A stretch of DNA of 64,000 nucleotides from Takakia lepidozioides (taxonomy: Eukaryota > Plantae > Bryophyta). Numbering within the stretch: position 1 is the stretch's first letter; each line of letters starts with the position of its first letter. The stretch spans positions 67,394,001 to 67,458,000 of the forward strand of contig CM060731.1 of NCBI GenBank assembly GCA_030704615.1. Direction: 5' to 3'. The position numbers and the translations under genes are program-made. The notes under the pieces are model-generated. The model had not been told where the DNA came from, ran no database searches, and was given only the letters and a program-made list of their open reading frames with translations. Below are positions 1-12,084 of this stretch, one piece after another.

Positions 1-456
1 CTCTGCTTTTTAAAGCACATCACCATTGCCATGACTGTTCGTTATCTATCCAACCCAGTATTATTGGCTATTGAATCAAAGGTATGTATTCCTGCACACA
101 AAAGATAATTGCATTGCTCAACCACCAACTCGTCTTGTTGGTTTATTTGCACTGGTGATATGATGCCGTTGTAGGTGTGAAAGAGCTGACTCTAGATCCA
201 CATGTTTGAGCACTCTAAAACGTTTGAGCAAGACCATTGCAAAGTACACACTGACTGTGAATACAAACAACCTTACACTTCTGTTAGGTTGGCCCCAAAT
301 CACACAGGATGTGACATAAAACCCCGTAGGAGGAGTCGGAGGGTATGAGCCCAAGTAACTGGAAGTCCAGCCACATCAGGCACATGGTGAAGAACAGATC
401 ATAGGTAGGTGATCCTCAGAAAACGCAAGACGAAGAATGGCTGGATGGGAACGTAC

Positions 457-2000
457 CTGGGGAAGAGGCAAGACTGTGATGAGATCTAGCAGAAAGAATC
501 CCCTCAAGTAATGACGTGCAATAGCCTTTGGATCATCCACCAGCTCTCCACTGCCTTTCTTCAAATATGCCAACCTAAACTGCACTCACCCCGTGACCAC
601 CAACACAACTCTTGCCAGTTACAATTTCATTGTCTATGAACAACAGCCATACAACCACACAAGATCTGAAATATGCGCTATGTAGAAAGTCACGTCCAGC
701 ACACTTTTTTAAGGAGCTCTTCCAGAGAGACAGAAGAGCTCACCCAACATTCATGAGCATTCGTGAACTCAACTGCCAACCGTCAAACAAAGCAGAGAGC
801 CAGAAGGAGCCAAAGGTAACCCGAAGCATATCACAAAGGCATACCCGAACATACAGATGGTCCTGCTACTGTGTGCATGAGCAAGTAGCTGCTGGGTTGA
901 GAAACTCTTAAGCAATGGTCACATATGCACAGAGACCCACCTGAAGAAGCATATTCAGCAAATATACGGAATCTGATATAGTCCTCAACACAGTGAAGGC
1001 CACTGCCCACTCGTGATTTAACACAATGCATAAATTACCCTGTTGAAACAGTGAAACCACAATAATCAATAACAAAGCTGGGGCGCTGATGGAAGTAAGA
1101 ATACCACTCAACTTGCAACCGCCAGTTGTTGAACTTCTCCTGACAATGGTTGTAATCATCTAATTAATCAGTAATTTATGCTACATAGGGCATTCCACTA
1201 TGCTCAAGCAACAATGACATACTGTTTGTGGTATCGTTTGCACCGAGAGTAAGAAGAAGAAAAGGGGGTCCAAAAAGATGCTGAAAAGGCTGGAGATGGC
1301 AAAAAACTTGTTCCACTGCTGCACCAGCCTTGTATGCGGATTCAGAATCCCCGGAAGTAAGAATTTTCCCCATTCTCTTATTCTGATCAAGAAACTCCGC
1401 ACCCTTCGTTTCTTTGTCCTGCCAATCTACTCCCCACACAGAGCCAAGTGGTGTTAGATACAAATTAACAGTCATGGACAAAACTTCCCTCAGGACAATG
1501 GTATTCCAAGAAGAACAACACATCAAGCTGTGTTCAGCCTGTGGGCTCCATCTGTTCAACCACCCTGCTGCGGACAAACCTACAACCTGGAAAACCTTAT
1601 GTATCCGCCCATCTTCAAGCCTTCGGCTACCCCTTCATCCAGCCTGATCAATTCTGATTCCTGGTCAAGTCATCAAACTAAATCCATGTAAGACAATGCT
1701 ACCCCAAGAACACAATAGGTTGTGGAAGCATACAGTCTTGGATTGGTGGAAAGTTCCGCTGTACAGAGGCTGACTGTAGGCATCGTATAGGGGAGGGCAA
1801 GTGGTACAGAAAGGGTCGTGACACTTGCCCAATGCACCTGACTTCCACAAATGCTCATGGCTGACCACTTTCTCTTCCTCTTGATCAGCTCCGTTCGCCA
1901 CATCACTTTCGACAATGATGATGGAACGTTCCTGGGGTGAAGGGAAAGACGTAAGCTCCAGCATTGGCAGCTCATCCATGTCCGGCTCCTCATATGCCAT
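457..2000 (-). CDS. CNGC: Cyclic nucleotide-gated ion channel, 5' exons only (about 1734-2000, 1223-1418, 941-1039, 457-579; at least one small exon unresolved); gene continues beyond the left edge
   Basis: Peptides HLWKSGALGKCHDPFCTTCP, PGILNPHTRLVQQWNKFFAISSLFSIFLDPLFFFLLSV, CIVLNHEWAVAFTVLRTISDSVYLLNMLLQ and FRLAY..GELVDDPKAIARHYLRGFFLLDLITVLPLPQ match the plant CNGC N-terminus/S1-S3 (CNGC19/20-like). GT/AG borders are seen at each listed exon. Confidence 0.9.
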
Positions 2001-3539
2001 CTTCAACTCAGTACCTTAACATTATGCCATAGTTCGGCTAAAGCACGAAGGAAACAAACTTCTCAAATTGAATGTTGCCATGATGAGATCAAGCGGGTAC
2101 ATGTACACATGATACACGAAGGAGATGGAGATGCAACGCCCGAGACACTATCGGTAACATGTCAGGTATCAGTCAGGCAACATGAGGTTCACAATGCTCT
2201 CCACAATTCAGTTCCATCTCTCGTCGGCTCGAATTCAATTCAAAGACTGTCACGACGTCCCCATCTCTGTCCTTCTCTCTTCCTCCAACACACAAACCCA
2301 CATCAGCATGGGGGGTTATCTCGCACAAGCTTTATCATACAACCAAAGGAACTAATATCTGCTCGATTGTAGTGGGCAAGTAGTTATGCAAAAGATAAAT
2401 CCTGAACACCTACGAGGCTTATAGGCACAACAACACCCCAATTCAACCACTTTTCCGCCAAATGCTTCTGATCTCTCTACTCCCTCCCCAGCCCACAACC
2501 TCTAAGCCCTGGACCAACAAAATTCAGAAGCTTCCTGCTCCACACGGCAGCACCATGGGTCTTACATTGCATTCCATTGACCAAGGAAAGCACTCCAGTC
2601 TAAGAAAGATTGCCGACAATTCTGGTTCGGGTTGCTTCTGGGAAATGCAGCTGCTGAGGCCGGCCTCTCCGCCTAGTTGACTCCTGCCCAACACCGGTCA
2701 AGACATATCCCTGTGCTTGGACACCGACGTCACAATGATGCTCCACAAGCTTGCCTCTTTACTCTTTACTAGTCATCTCTTCTTTGCACAAAGTGTGTTT
2801 TTTAACAAAACTGGAGAGATGAGAAGAGACAAGAGACACATGTTTCTGTAGCATGCTGCAAATGGGTACATTTGAACAGGACTCTGATGCAATGGATATG
2901 AACTTTGCTAGATCCATCTTTCCTTTTATTGTCAAGTTCTAAAATTAACTAGAGAGAGGCCGGCAGCTACTGTTGAATTCATTAACATAACGTGAAGCCT
3001 TTGTTGATTTTACAAAGGGACCCACCTAGGACTCTGTTGGGAACTGAGAGAAAAAAGAGGTGGACAAACACTACCATTCACAACTTGAAAGTAATGAAAC
3101 ACAACCTCCTCAGGATGGACCCCTTGCATTATTGGAACTCTAAGGAAAGCTTGTGGCATATCACAACAGGCATCAATCCATAGACTCTCCCTCTTGGGCA
3201 GAGCCAACAAACAGCAATGGTGGGCAATGCAATCATGTAAAGTGGTGACTAAAGGAGGCCACTGCAAATGTAAGTCAATATAGAATGTTTTTTAATGTTT
3301 TTTCTTTTTTTAAATTATCTTTTTTGACATTAGATTAATGCATGGGTATGCTGATCACATTGGGTTTTCAAGATTTGGATCAATCTCACACATTAGGGCT
3401 GTGTTGGTACAGATAATACAGGTAAGTCTTTAAAACTATCCAGACAAAGTGATGTTAGAACTTACATGGACAACTTTTCAAATCATTCTAAATGTCTAAG
3501 CAAAAGTTTATGTAAAGAGATGTTTGAATATATATATAT

Positions 3540-4765
3540 TATATAACCCTGCATAGCTTTATAAAAAGACCCAAGTGGGGTGACTGTACAAATGGGTGTA
3601 ACTGTCCCCAAGAGGAAACAACCAAAGCTCGTAGAGCTAGATATATTAACACAAAGAAAGAAATCAAACTATTCTAGTATCACCTACAGCCTAAAGAAGG
3701 TCAGACAACAGGAAAAAAGGTGGATCAGAGAGTGCGGGGAGGCGAGATGAAGCCGCCCCAGCAACCTCTGCCCGACGTAAAATAGATTGAGCTTGAGCCT
3801 TTTGCAAAGCAACAGAAACTCGTTGTCTAAAGAAAGCTACAAGAACAGAGGCGTATGGGCTTCCAAGACTTTTGTTTTCTGCTGCACGATGGGCATATGT
3901 GCGAAGGAACTCGTTGAACTGATGATGCAAACAACCAAAGATCTCGACTGCCAAAGGAAGGAACGTGTCTATGGAATGACGTGCCCGATAGTCATGCTCC
4001 TTTCTCTGTGCAGCTACTGAAGCGGCAACTCCCTGTGATGAGGTTGTGCGGGGCAGGAGATCCGACCTAGTAAGATCAGCGATGACAACGTCCACCAATG
4101 TACGCAATCCGTCCTGTGAGAGAACAATGTCAACCCGTCGTCAAGTGGAATGGTGATTGTGGGTCGATGGGAGTATGTGCACCTGCTCTCGAATGACATG
4201 TATCCCAGCATCACGAGCAACCGCACCTGCAGCATCCCGGACGACGTTATGGGTCGCAGTGCGTCTCCACCGCAGGGGCAACAAAGAAGATGTACGCCGA
4301 CTGAATCGAGAGGATGGCGACAAACACACTGCTGTAGTCCTAACACAGAGGGATGCGGAAGACCCAGTCGAACTCGTAGGGAGGTGGTAAATACAGCAGA
4401 AGGCATACGAAAGGGTGCCATGGTTGGTCGTACCGTGAGCCACGCGCCTGCCCCGGGCCCTGCGCACGAGAGAAGTCTGGCCCGATGTGCATCTAAAGGA
4501 GCGTCAGAAAGCATGCTGGCAAATGAGTGTCGGTGCACGTGTTCCATGATGGTATCATGTAAATGCTCAAGACCTTGAAGGACCAACTGTTCAAAGGGTG
4601 GCAGACAAGCCCGTGTTGGTGTTGGGATGAGATCTCGCGATGAACGAAAATGTTGCTGGAAGGACAAAGAGCCATCGTCAATGTGGGCAACCCCCTCCAT
4701 GAGAAAAGGGCGTTGCTTACACAGAAACCGAGATGCCAAGGTTGGAGCCACTAAAGCCCAGGCTT
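3540..4765 (-). mobile_element. 5'-truncated, frameshifted non-LTR retrotransposon with restriction-like endonuclease (CRE-like)
   Basis: Across three frames: AGAWL..P, RLGLP, zinc knuckle CVC...HLLCC, THNVVRD, RRVDIV...LVDVVIAD...AAQRKEHDY, FLPLAVEIFG, QRVSVALQKAQA. The 3' end abuts a (TA)n tract at about 3528-3545. Confidence 0.75.
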
Positions 4766-5126
4766 GATTGTCCCTCTGCCTACCTGCTTATTGGGGGTTA
4801 TTAGAAATGTGGCCCTCAGAACACATTAGCAAACCTAAATGAGCTCTTAATTAGACCCCTAATGTTGTCTGTCCCTGTGTGCCCTCCCCTAAAATTTGTG
4901 ACATCAAACCAAAAGTGATTTTGGAGTTCTTTTCCCTCATGGCTCCTTCTCAATGCATTTTCGGCTGCCGCATTTCAACAAAACAAAAAAACCAAAGAAA
5001 GTGTCATGGTTTTAGACATGGTTAACTAGAATTACCCTGTCGTGCACCTAAGCATCGTGCCACAACATACATCGTTGTCCACCACACAATGTAAGCACAC
5101 AATCCTAGAAAGCTATACCACAATAA

Positions 5127-5417
5127 TGTTGGAAAACCACTAGCGTGTGGTCGGGCTAGGGATTGAACCTAGGACCTCCCCCATTCCGGTGGGGTGCTCT
5201 ACCACTGAGCTACCCGTCCCGTTCTATTCTCAGAGTGCCGTGCAAGGGCTATAGCCTTGACACCTCCAACACTCCACCTCAAGGCATAGCCCTTATGCTA
5301 ATGCCCACCCGTTCTGACCACCGCCCCAACCTTGGCTCTGATACCATGTTGGAAAACCACTGGCGTGTGGTTGGGCTAGGGATTGAACCTAGGACCTCCC
5401 CCATTCCGGACGGGGTG
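5127..5417 (-). mobile_element. TRIM (miniature LTR retrotransposon): complete 3' LTR 5127-5271, truncated 5' LTR 5347-5417
   Basis: LTR TGTTGG...CCAACA repeated; Met-i PBS TGGTATCAGAGCC (minus, 5334-5346); PPT GAGGTGGAG (minus, 5272-5280); about 75 bp non-coding interior. Confidence 0.85.
5148..5219 (-). other. tRNA-derived sequence inside the TRIM LTR (Pol III A/B boxes); not a bona fide tRNA gene
   Basis: Minus strand reads GGACGGG TA GCTC AGTGGTA GAGC A CCCCA CCGGAA TGGGG GAGGTC CTAGG TTCAATC CCTAG CCCGACC A: a cloverleaf with one acceptor mismatch and a 6-nt anticodon loop. Confidence 0.8.
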
Positions 5418-5794
5418 ATAAGAGATGAGAAATGAGAGAAGTAGAAGACAATGAAAGCTCTCAAAGCATGAAGCAATCACATGAAGAACAAGCCCTAGTC
5501 CTTCCAAGTGAAATCCACTCTATCACATAAACTAAGTCAAGCCAAGGGCACCTTTGCTAAAGGAATCCACCCTACAAAGCCCTCAACACACTCCCTCTCA
5601 ATACCTAGAGCTATGGAGGTGAGAGAAGCTCATGGAGGCTCAACTACAAGAAGATGAGCCTCCTCAACACTCACAACGGGAAAACCTATCTCCATGTCTC
5701 AAGTGAGGCTCGACACCTCAGGGTGCTTTTAAGATGCAGCTTGCTACAGAAGGCCTGGTTGCTCCGATTCTATGTAACTATGCGCCAACGGTCT

Positions 5795-7040
5795 TCAGTA
5801 GACTATGAGTGCGTCGCACCCCAAAATGCCCCAACTCCTCATGGGCATGCCGCACTAACCGTGCCCGCTATGTTGGGTGAGGCACAATCCTCACTCGACC
5901 ATCCTCCCACACTCGGAGCAGGTGTGTCCCCTCCCACTTGAACCTCTTGGCTCATTGTAGGATCCGATCCCTCTCCTTGGCAGACACAGTGGCTGCAATG
6001 TCTCCAGTGCGGAGGTAGGCCAACACAACTGAATCCTTATGTATATCTTTGGCGCCACCTTGCTCATTGCTGGCCTCAGGGTCCTCAGACACTCGGTCTA
6101 CAGTCATCCCTGTTGTAGGTCCAACCTGGCCTTCCGCTGCCAAGATACACAGAAATGCAGATGCATGCCATCCGGGCACCATCTCCTCGTCCGTCTCACC
6201 ATGCCACCGAGCTCCAGTGTCATCCTGCTGGCTCGTGCATGGATTGCGACTCAACCCATCTGCATTGCGATTGACCAAACCCGGTCGATGCACCACCTGA
6301 AAGTCATACTCTTGAAGGATGAGTGCCCACCGTGCAAGCTTCCCCGTAAGCTTGTCTGACTCCATCAACCACTTGAGTGGTTGGTGATTCGTGACAAGGG
6401 TGAAGAGATTGTCGTATAGATAGCACCAGAAGTGTGCCACGGCCCACACTGCAGCTAAGCATTCTCCCTCATATGAGCTATACTTAGACTCTGCAACGTT
6501 GTTCGAGCGGCTAGCATAAGCCACTACGAACTCTCTTCCCTCATCGTCCACCTGTGTGAGCACCACTCCAAGCCCCAGCATGCTCCAATCCGTATGCAGC
6601 TGAAAAGGATGCCCCCTAATAGGTCGTCTCAAGATGGGCGCCGAGGTCAACCTCGCCTTGAGCTCTTGAAAAGCTTGTTCTTGCTCATCTTCCCACTGCC
6701 ACTCCTGGTCCACCTTGGTCAGCTTGGTTAGAGCCTTTCCAATGGCACTAAATCCCTTAACAAACCGTCTATAATAGTTTGCTAACCCCATGAAAGCTCG
6801 AACTCGGCTCACATCCGTGGGGCGTGGAACCTGTGCAATGGACTCTACCTTAGTCTGCTGTACCCCCAATCCTCCAGGATATATCATGTGACCCAGATAC
6901 TCAATCTGGTTGTGGAAAAACTTGCACTTTCCCGGATGTAACTTCAATCCGTGCGCCCTCAAGCGCTCAAATACCCCATGAAGGTGTCTCTCATGCTCTT
7001 CCACCGTAGCACTAAAGATGATGATGTCATCTATGTAGCA
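5795..7040 (-). pseudogene. Family X copy 1: RT C-half, RNase H and start of integrase zinc finger
   Basis: [58 protein letters not shown]. Confidence 0.9.
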
Positions 7041-8219
7041 CGGAGTGGTATACACACAGAGGTGCAACAATTTGTGGCTAGGTGCATGGTGTGTGACAGG
7101 GTGCGTGCTTCATTCAACGCCCCTACTCCACAATTGCACCCTCTTCCGATCATGGGATTGGGCTACAGATGGAGTCTTGACTTCGCAGGGTCGTTGCCAC
7201 TGACCATCCGCCACAAGAAGTACGTGTTGGTGATGGTGGAGCACTTCTCCAAGTGGATTGAGTTGGTTCCATTGCCTGATAAGGCTAGTGAGGGAGCTGC
7301 GTATGCATTCTTGGATTGTGTGCTTAGCCGATTCGGTGCTCCAGTTGAGGTACTCACGGACCAAGGGAGAGAGTTCTTGGGAAAGTTTCAGGCTTTGAGT
7401 GACAAGGCCTTGATAGACCACCGCACCACTTCTCGGGATCATCCTGAGGCCGATGGCTTGGCAGAGAGAGTTGTTCAGACAGTAAAGAGGGGTTTGCGCA
7501 AGTATGGCTTGCAGAAGGGACACCTAGGAGATTGGGACCTTCAGTTACCCTGGTTAGCCATGGGCTACAGGTTCAGCAAGCAAGCATCACTTGCCTCCTT
7601 CTCACCATACTTTCTTCTCTTTGGCCGAGAGCCGGATTTGCCTACATCCATTCGCAGAGAAGCTGTTACAGTTCTTAACCTTGATGATCCGGACGTGTGG
7701 GCACGTGCATGTGAGCAGCGTGCAGAGTTGTTCAAGAAAGTCATGCCCATGGCTTTCGAGAACCTTGCCATTGCACAACATCGTGATACGTTGAGGTATG
7801 CTACCATACGTGGTGGGGGCTATCGTCCTGGGGTTCGGAGATTCAACCCTGGTGACTATGTCTATCTGCAGTAGACTACTCCTATGACATTGGATGTGAC
7901 TGCAAGACGTGTTATTTTGAGGGTTCGAGAGGTTTTGCCCTCGGGCGTCTTGGTCTTGGAGGGTCGGGATGGCATAACTTGGAAGGACCATGTGCATAAT
8001 TGTGCGCCATGTCACCTTCCGAATGTCGATGGCAGGATTGACCCAAACCTGGCAGTGGTATCTGCAAGTTTGAAATGCATGTTGTGTGGGTCTACTAGAG
8101 GGGCAGCCACCATGCTGGTGTGTGATCGATGCTCTAGAGGTTGGCATATGGGATGCTTGACTCCACCTCTTGAGATGGTTCCTGATGGGGATTGGTTATG
8201 TCCGTATTGCATTGGATAG
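7041..8219 (+). pseudogene. Family X copy 1: integrase core plus C-terminal PHD finger (inverted segment; one in-frame stop at about 7872)
   Basis: CMVC, WSLDFAG, VLTDQG, GLAERVV (DDE); PHD CMLC..CDRC..WHMGC..WLCPYC at 8076-8219. Confidence 0.9.
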
Positions 8220-8671
8220 TGGGAGTGGATACAACCATAGAAGGCTAACAAGAAATGCAAGGCCAAGCTACTAGGAGACCAACACACGAGATCCTGACTC
8301 AAGTTCACAGATTGCAAGACGGCGACTAACGATGGGGTTGCTCTTGTACCCGGCCTCTTGGTCTACAGAGTTTGAGTACAATAGGGATAGTGATAGAGGA
8401 TTTAGTACGGCTGTGGCTATTACATCTTGTAGCTATCTGGAGTTAGAGGGACCTAACCACCAGCTAGGGGGGCGATTGTGGTATGGCTTTCTAGGATTGT
8501 ATGCTTAGATTGTGTGGTGGACAGCGATGTATATTGTGGCACGATGCTTAGGTGCACGACAGCTGTCATGGTTTTAGTCATGGTTATCTAGAATTACCTA
8601 CTTCTAGTTAACTAGGACATTTTAGATATTTATATTTATATTTTGTGTGTTGGGACTTCATTTGGTCTCAC

Positions 8672-9300
8672 ATGCCAAACTCCACCCCTGCTAGAATCAT
8701 GTCCATGACTCTCTGAAACTCTGCTAGAGCGTTCTTAAGCCCAAATAGTAAGAACCGCCACTGGTATAGGCAATCCTTCCCGTGCTCATTGATCCCCCAT
8801 AATGTCGTCTTCTGCTTATCCGCCTCTTTGATCAGCAACTGGTGATATCCGGACCGTAAATCCAAAGTGCTAAAGACCTTGGCATGCCCAATGGCATCAA
8901 AGATCTCCTCTGGTGTCGGCATGGCATACCTATCGGACTTGGTCTGACAATTTACAGGCCGGTAATCACCGCACATACGTCTCTCCGTCCAATTGCCATA
9001 GACATCATTCTTGGCTGGCATCACTGTGGCTGAAGCATACTCTCCCCCAGATAGCTCCACCAAACCAGCCTCCCAAAGGTCCTGAGTTCTTATCTGAATC
9101 AAGGACCTCTCCATGTCACTGTATCTATAGGGTCTCCGAAAGATTGGCGTGTCAGTAGCTAATTCAATGCGAATCTCTTGACCCTTGAGTGCTCCTAAGT
9201 CCTTCAAACTAAAGGCAAAGCAGTTCCTGTAAGCCCTCAAGAACCGCCGTATACGTCGTCGTTCTCCTGTGGTGACTATAGGTCCAACATCAGACTCCTA
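8672..9300 (-). pseudogene. Family X copy 1: RT N-half
   Basis: [36 protein letters not shown]. Confidence 0.9.
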
Positions 9301-9689
9301 GTTGTCCTCCGTGACTGCAACCTTGAGTCCAGCAGGCTTAGAGGTAGAAGACGCGTCTCGTGGTTGCTATGCTGCAACTTCTTGAGCAGTGACCACTGCC
9401 TCCTCTGTCAGTGACAATGTCTCATCCTGCCCCATCATCCCATCCTTGAGGACCTCCTCAACCCGAGAAAAATCCCCAACCTCATCCATCACGGCCGCCT
9501 TGGCTGCCAACTCATTTTGAACCTCGAACACCTCCCACGTGTGCCATGGATGCGGCCTGCACCTCGTGGTCCTCACCTGTTTGCCCCCACTCGCTGCCTG
9601 TACCGTCTCGGTAGGCAGGGAGACCATGAAGGGAAGTGTACTCCGTACTCTGTGCTGCTCAGCCATAGCCAAGCTGTTAATCCAGGTCA

Positions 9690-10625
9690 AGCAATTGAGA
9701 TCCATTGCTTGCCCCAACACCTGACGACGTGATGCCTCAGAAAGAGATGGCACCGCCGTGGTACCTGTGGTAAAACCCATCGCCCGCTCGCGCTCGTCAA
9801 CATTGGGCTCCACTAATTGTTGCAACTGGCTATCCCACAAAAGGCCAGGTCCACCATCCCGAAAAGCATGGGATCCTGGGAAGCTGAGCAGTGTAGGTAA
9901 TGCTGCTCGTGGTTGACCCACCCTGTTGACCACTGCCAAAGGCGAACGATCATCGTGTCTCACACGTTGAGACTGCCTCCCTATGTCCAAAATGCTATCC
10001 ACTGTGAGGTGTGCTGGCCGCTGCACCCCATCAAATGCACGCTTGAGCAGTGCGGGTGACATCAAGTTAGTTCACCATAGCCGTGGATGATGAGCCCATG
10101 ACCCCCCTGCAGCTGCATCCAGCAACACTGCTGACCCAAGCCACGACCAGACTTGATGCACACTGGCCATCACCCTGGCCCGTGAATCACCCATCAGTGG
10201 CACATTCTCCAAGATGTATGCTGGAGATACAGCTTGATGAAGCTGCAAGTGGCGCAAAATCCGCACCATCTCCCAAAACAGATCCGTCCTAGAATCTCGC
10301 AATCCATTGTCATGCCCGGCTGATGAATGCCCTTGGCAGGGCCAACCTGCCACTACCAGATCAATGGAGCCAACCCGCTCCAAATCCTGCGCCCCCAGCA
10401 ACGAAATGACTGCTGGCAAGGCTTGTTGGTATCCACGAACTGCAGACACTGGCAACAAATCAGGGTACTGTTGTACCAACTGAGCAACATGACGCAGTGA
10501 GACGCGTCGTGCAGTCTCATCCCTCTCCACATACATGTAACGTCGAACTCGTACACCTGCCTGCAGTACTACAGCCAATCCAGTGCTGATCTCGCCAAAC
10601 AAGTCCAGAAGACATATGCCTTCAT
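9690..10625 (-). pseudogene. DNMT3-like C5 cytosine methyltransferase domain in the family X copy 1 polyprotein
   Basis: Motif I LLDLFGEISTG, II YVERD, IV IDLVVAGWPCQGHS, V GLRDSRTDLF, VI YILENVP, VIII AHHPRLW*TNL, IX ERERAMGF, X RRQVLGQAMD, in canonical order. Confidence 0.9.
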
Positions 10626-11049
10626 CTGGGCACTGCCACACAAGAGGTGTGGTGTCCAATGGCAACAACTGAGGTGGTCCTGGTGCAATCACCGCACTCT
10701 CCTCTTTTCCTGACGGTACAAAGGCCTCTACCCAGGCTTGTTGTACCCGTCCATCAGCAGCCTGCTGCAAATCCTTGCTCGTACCCCATAATGGAGTGTG
10801 AGCAACCATGGCGGGCAACTCCGCCGTACCATGCATGTCATCCTGCTCTGCTGGAGGTGGCACATCCTCTGCATGGGCATTGCCTTCCAGCAACTCTCTA
10901 GGCCAACTAACTGCAACTGTAAAGGCGGCTAGTGTTGGCAGCTTACCCCGTTGGGCAGCCGCAATACCCCCAATGAATGTCACAGGGAGCTGTGCACGAC
11001 GACCATCCCCTGACTGCCATCCAGGCCTGTAGGATGCTGACTCCTCCCA

Positions 11050-11450
11050 AAAGTCCAGGGTGAAGCCCATGGGATATAACACTGCCCCACCAACAAGGAC
11101 ATCGTAAGAGACCGCGTCTGTCACAATGGCCTTGGCTCGCATCACTGAGCCATCTACAGGATGATCTGGTTGTAGTCCAATGGCCAACTCACGCCGTGTC
11201 ATGCCCCGAGCCTGCTCTGATCCTCCCAGAGATGAAAGGACAAGGCTCCATATCCGCCTCCATGAGGCCCAAACCTGCAATAGCAGCTCTGCCCAACATC
11301 AGTGGCTAAGCTCCTGAGTCCAACAAGACCCGCAGTGGCCAGTACTTCTTGCCTGCCGATCCACTCAAAGTGAAAATGCCTCCCTGGTTGTCTAACAAGA
11401 CAATTCCAGGTGTCACCATGGCGCGCTCAAAGGCTGGTCTAGCTAGCAGC
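11050..11450 (-). pseudogene. Family X copy 1: aspartic protease
   Basis: RVLLDSGA active-site motif; downstream YDVLVG. Confidence 0.8.
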
Positions 11451-12084
11451 TTCGTCAACCTGGCAGCTGCAGCTTGCCATGGCGCAGCCGTGGCAGTCTT
11501 GACCCTCAAATCCGAGGATCCCTCTGCCACTACACCTTCCAGTAACTCCGCAGAAGATGAAGTGACCTCCCCACTCTCGCAGAGTGTTGCTGCTAGTCTG
11601 AACAGTGCAGCTGGTCTTAACCCGGTGTCGCAATCATGGTTGCCGAGAACAGTGGGGCTTGACACACAGAGGTGGCTGCCCCCAATAACACACCGGCTGC
11701 ACTAGCCTTGGTAGCAGGTGTCAGTGCTGCACGTGTAGCTCTCCCCAATGGCATAGTAACCTCCGCCTCGGTAACAGTCGGGCGAGAACTAGGTGCCATG
11801 GATGGCGTCGACATTGTCTCCGCCAATGTGAATGACTGAGGAAGCCTCGCCTGACAGCTTGCCTCCCCACGCTGTGGATCCAATTCCACCTCTGCACCTC
11901 ATGGCTCATGAACTCGTGCTGCTCCTCGAGTCACGGCTGCAGCAGACCACCTGCACTAGTGGTAGTGCTGCTCCGCACATGAATCCCATGCCTCCCATAT
12001 CTCCTCCCTCAGGAGCAGGAGGTGGACCATCCCGCCTGGGAGCCGGTACCACCTGAGCTGTAGCCATGGCAGCAAGCCTCTACT

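Noticed and set aside
5148-5219. Functional tRNA gene
   Set aside because: It has a 6-nt anticodon loop and an acceptor mismatch, and it is embedded in a duplicated TRIM LTR.
9690-10625. Host DNMT3/DRM gene or bacterial restriction-modification contamination
   Set aside because: It is intronless, collinear within pol between PR and RT in three TE copies, and has no partner endonuclease.
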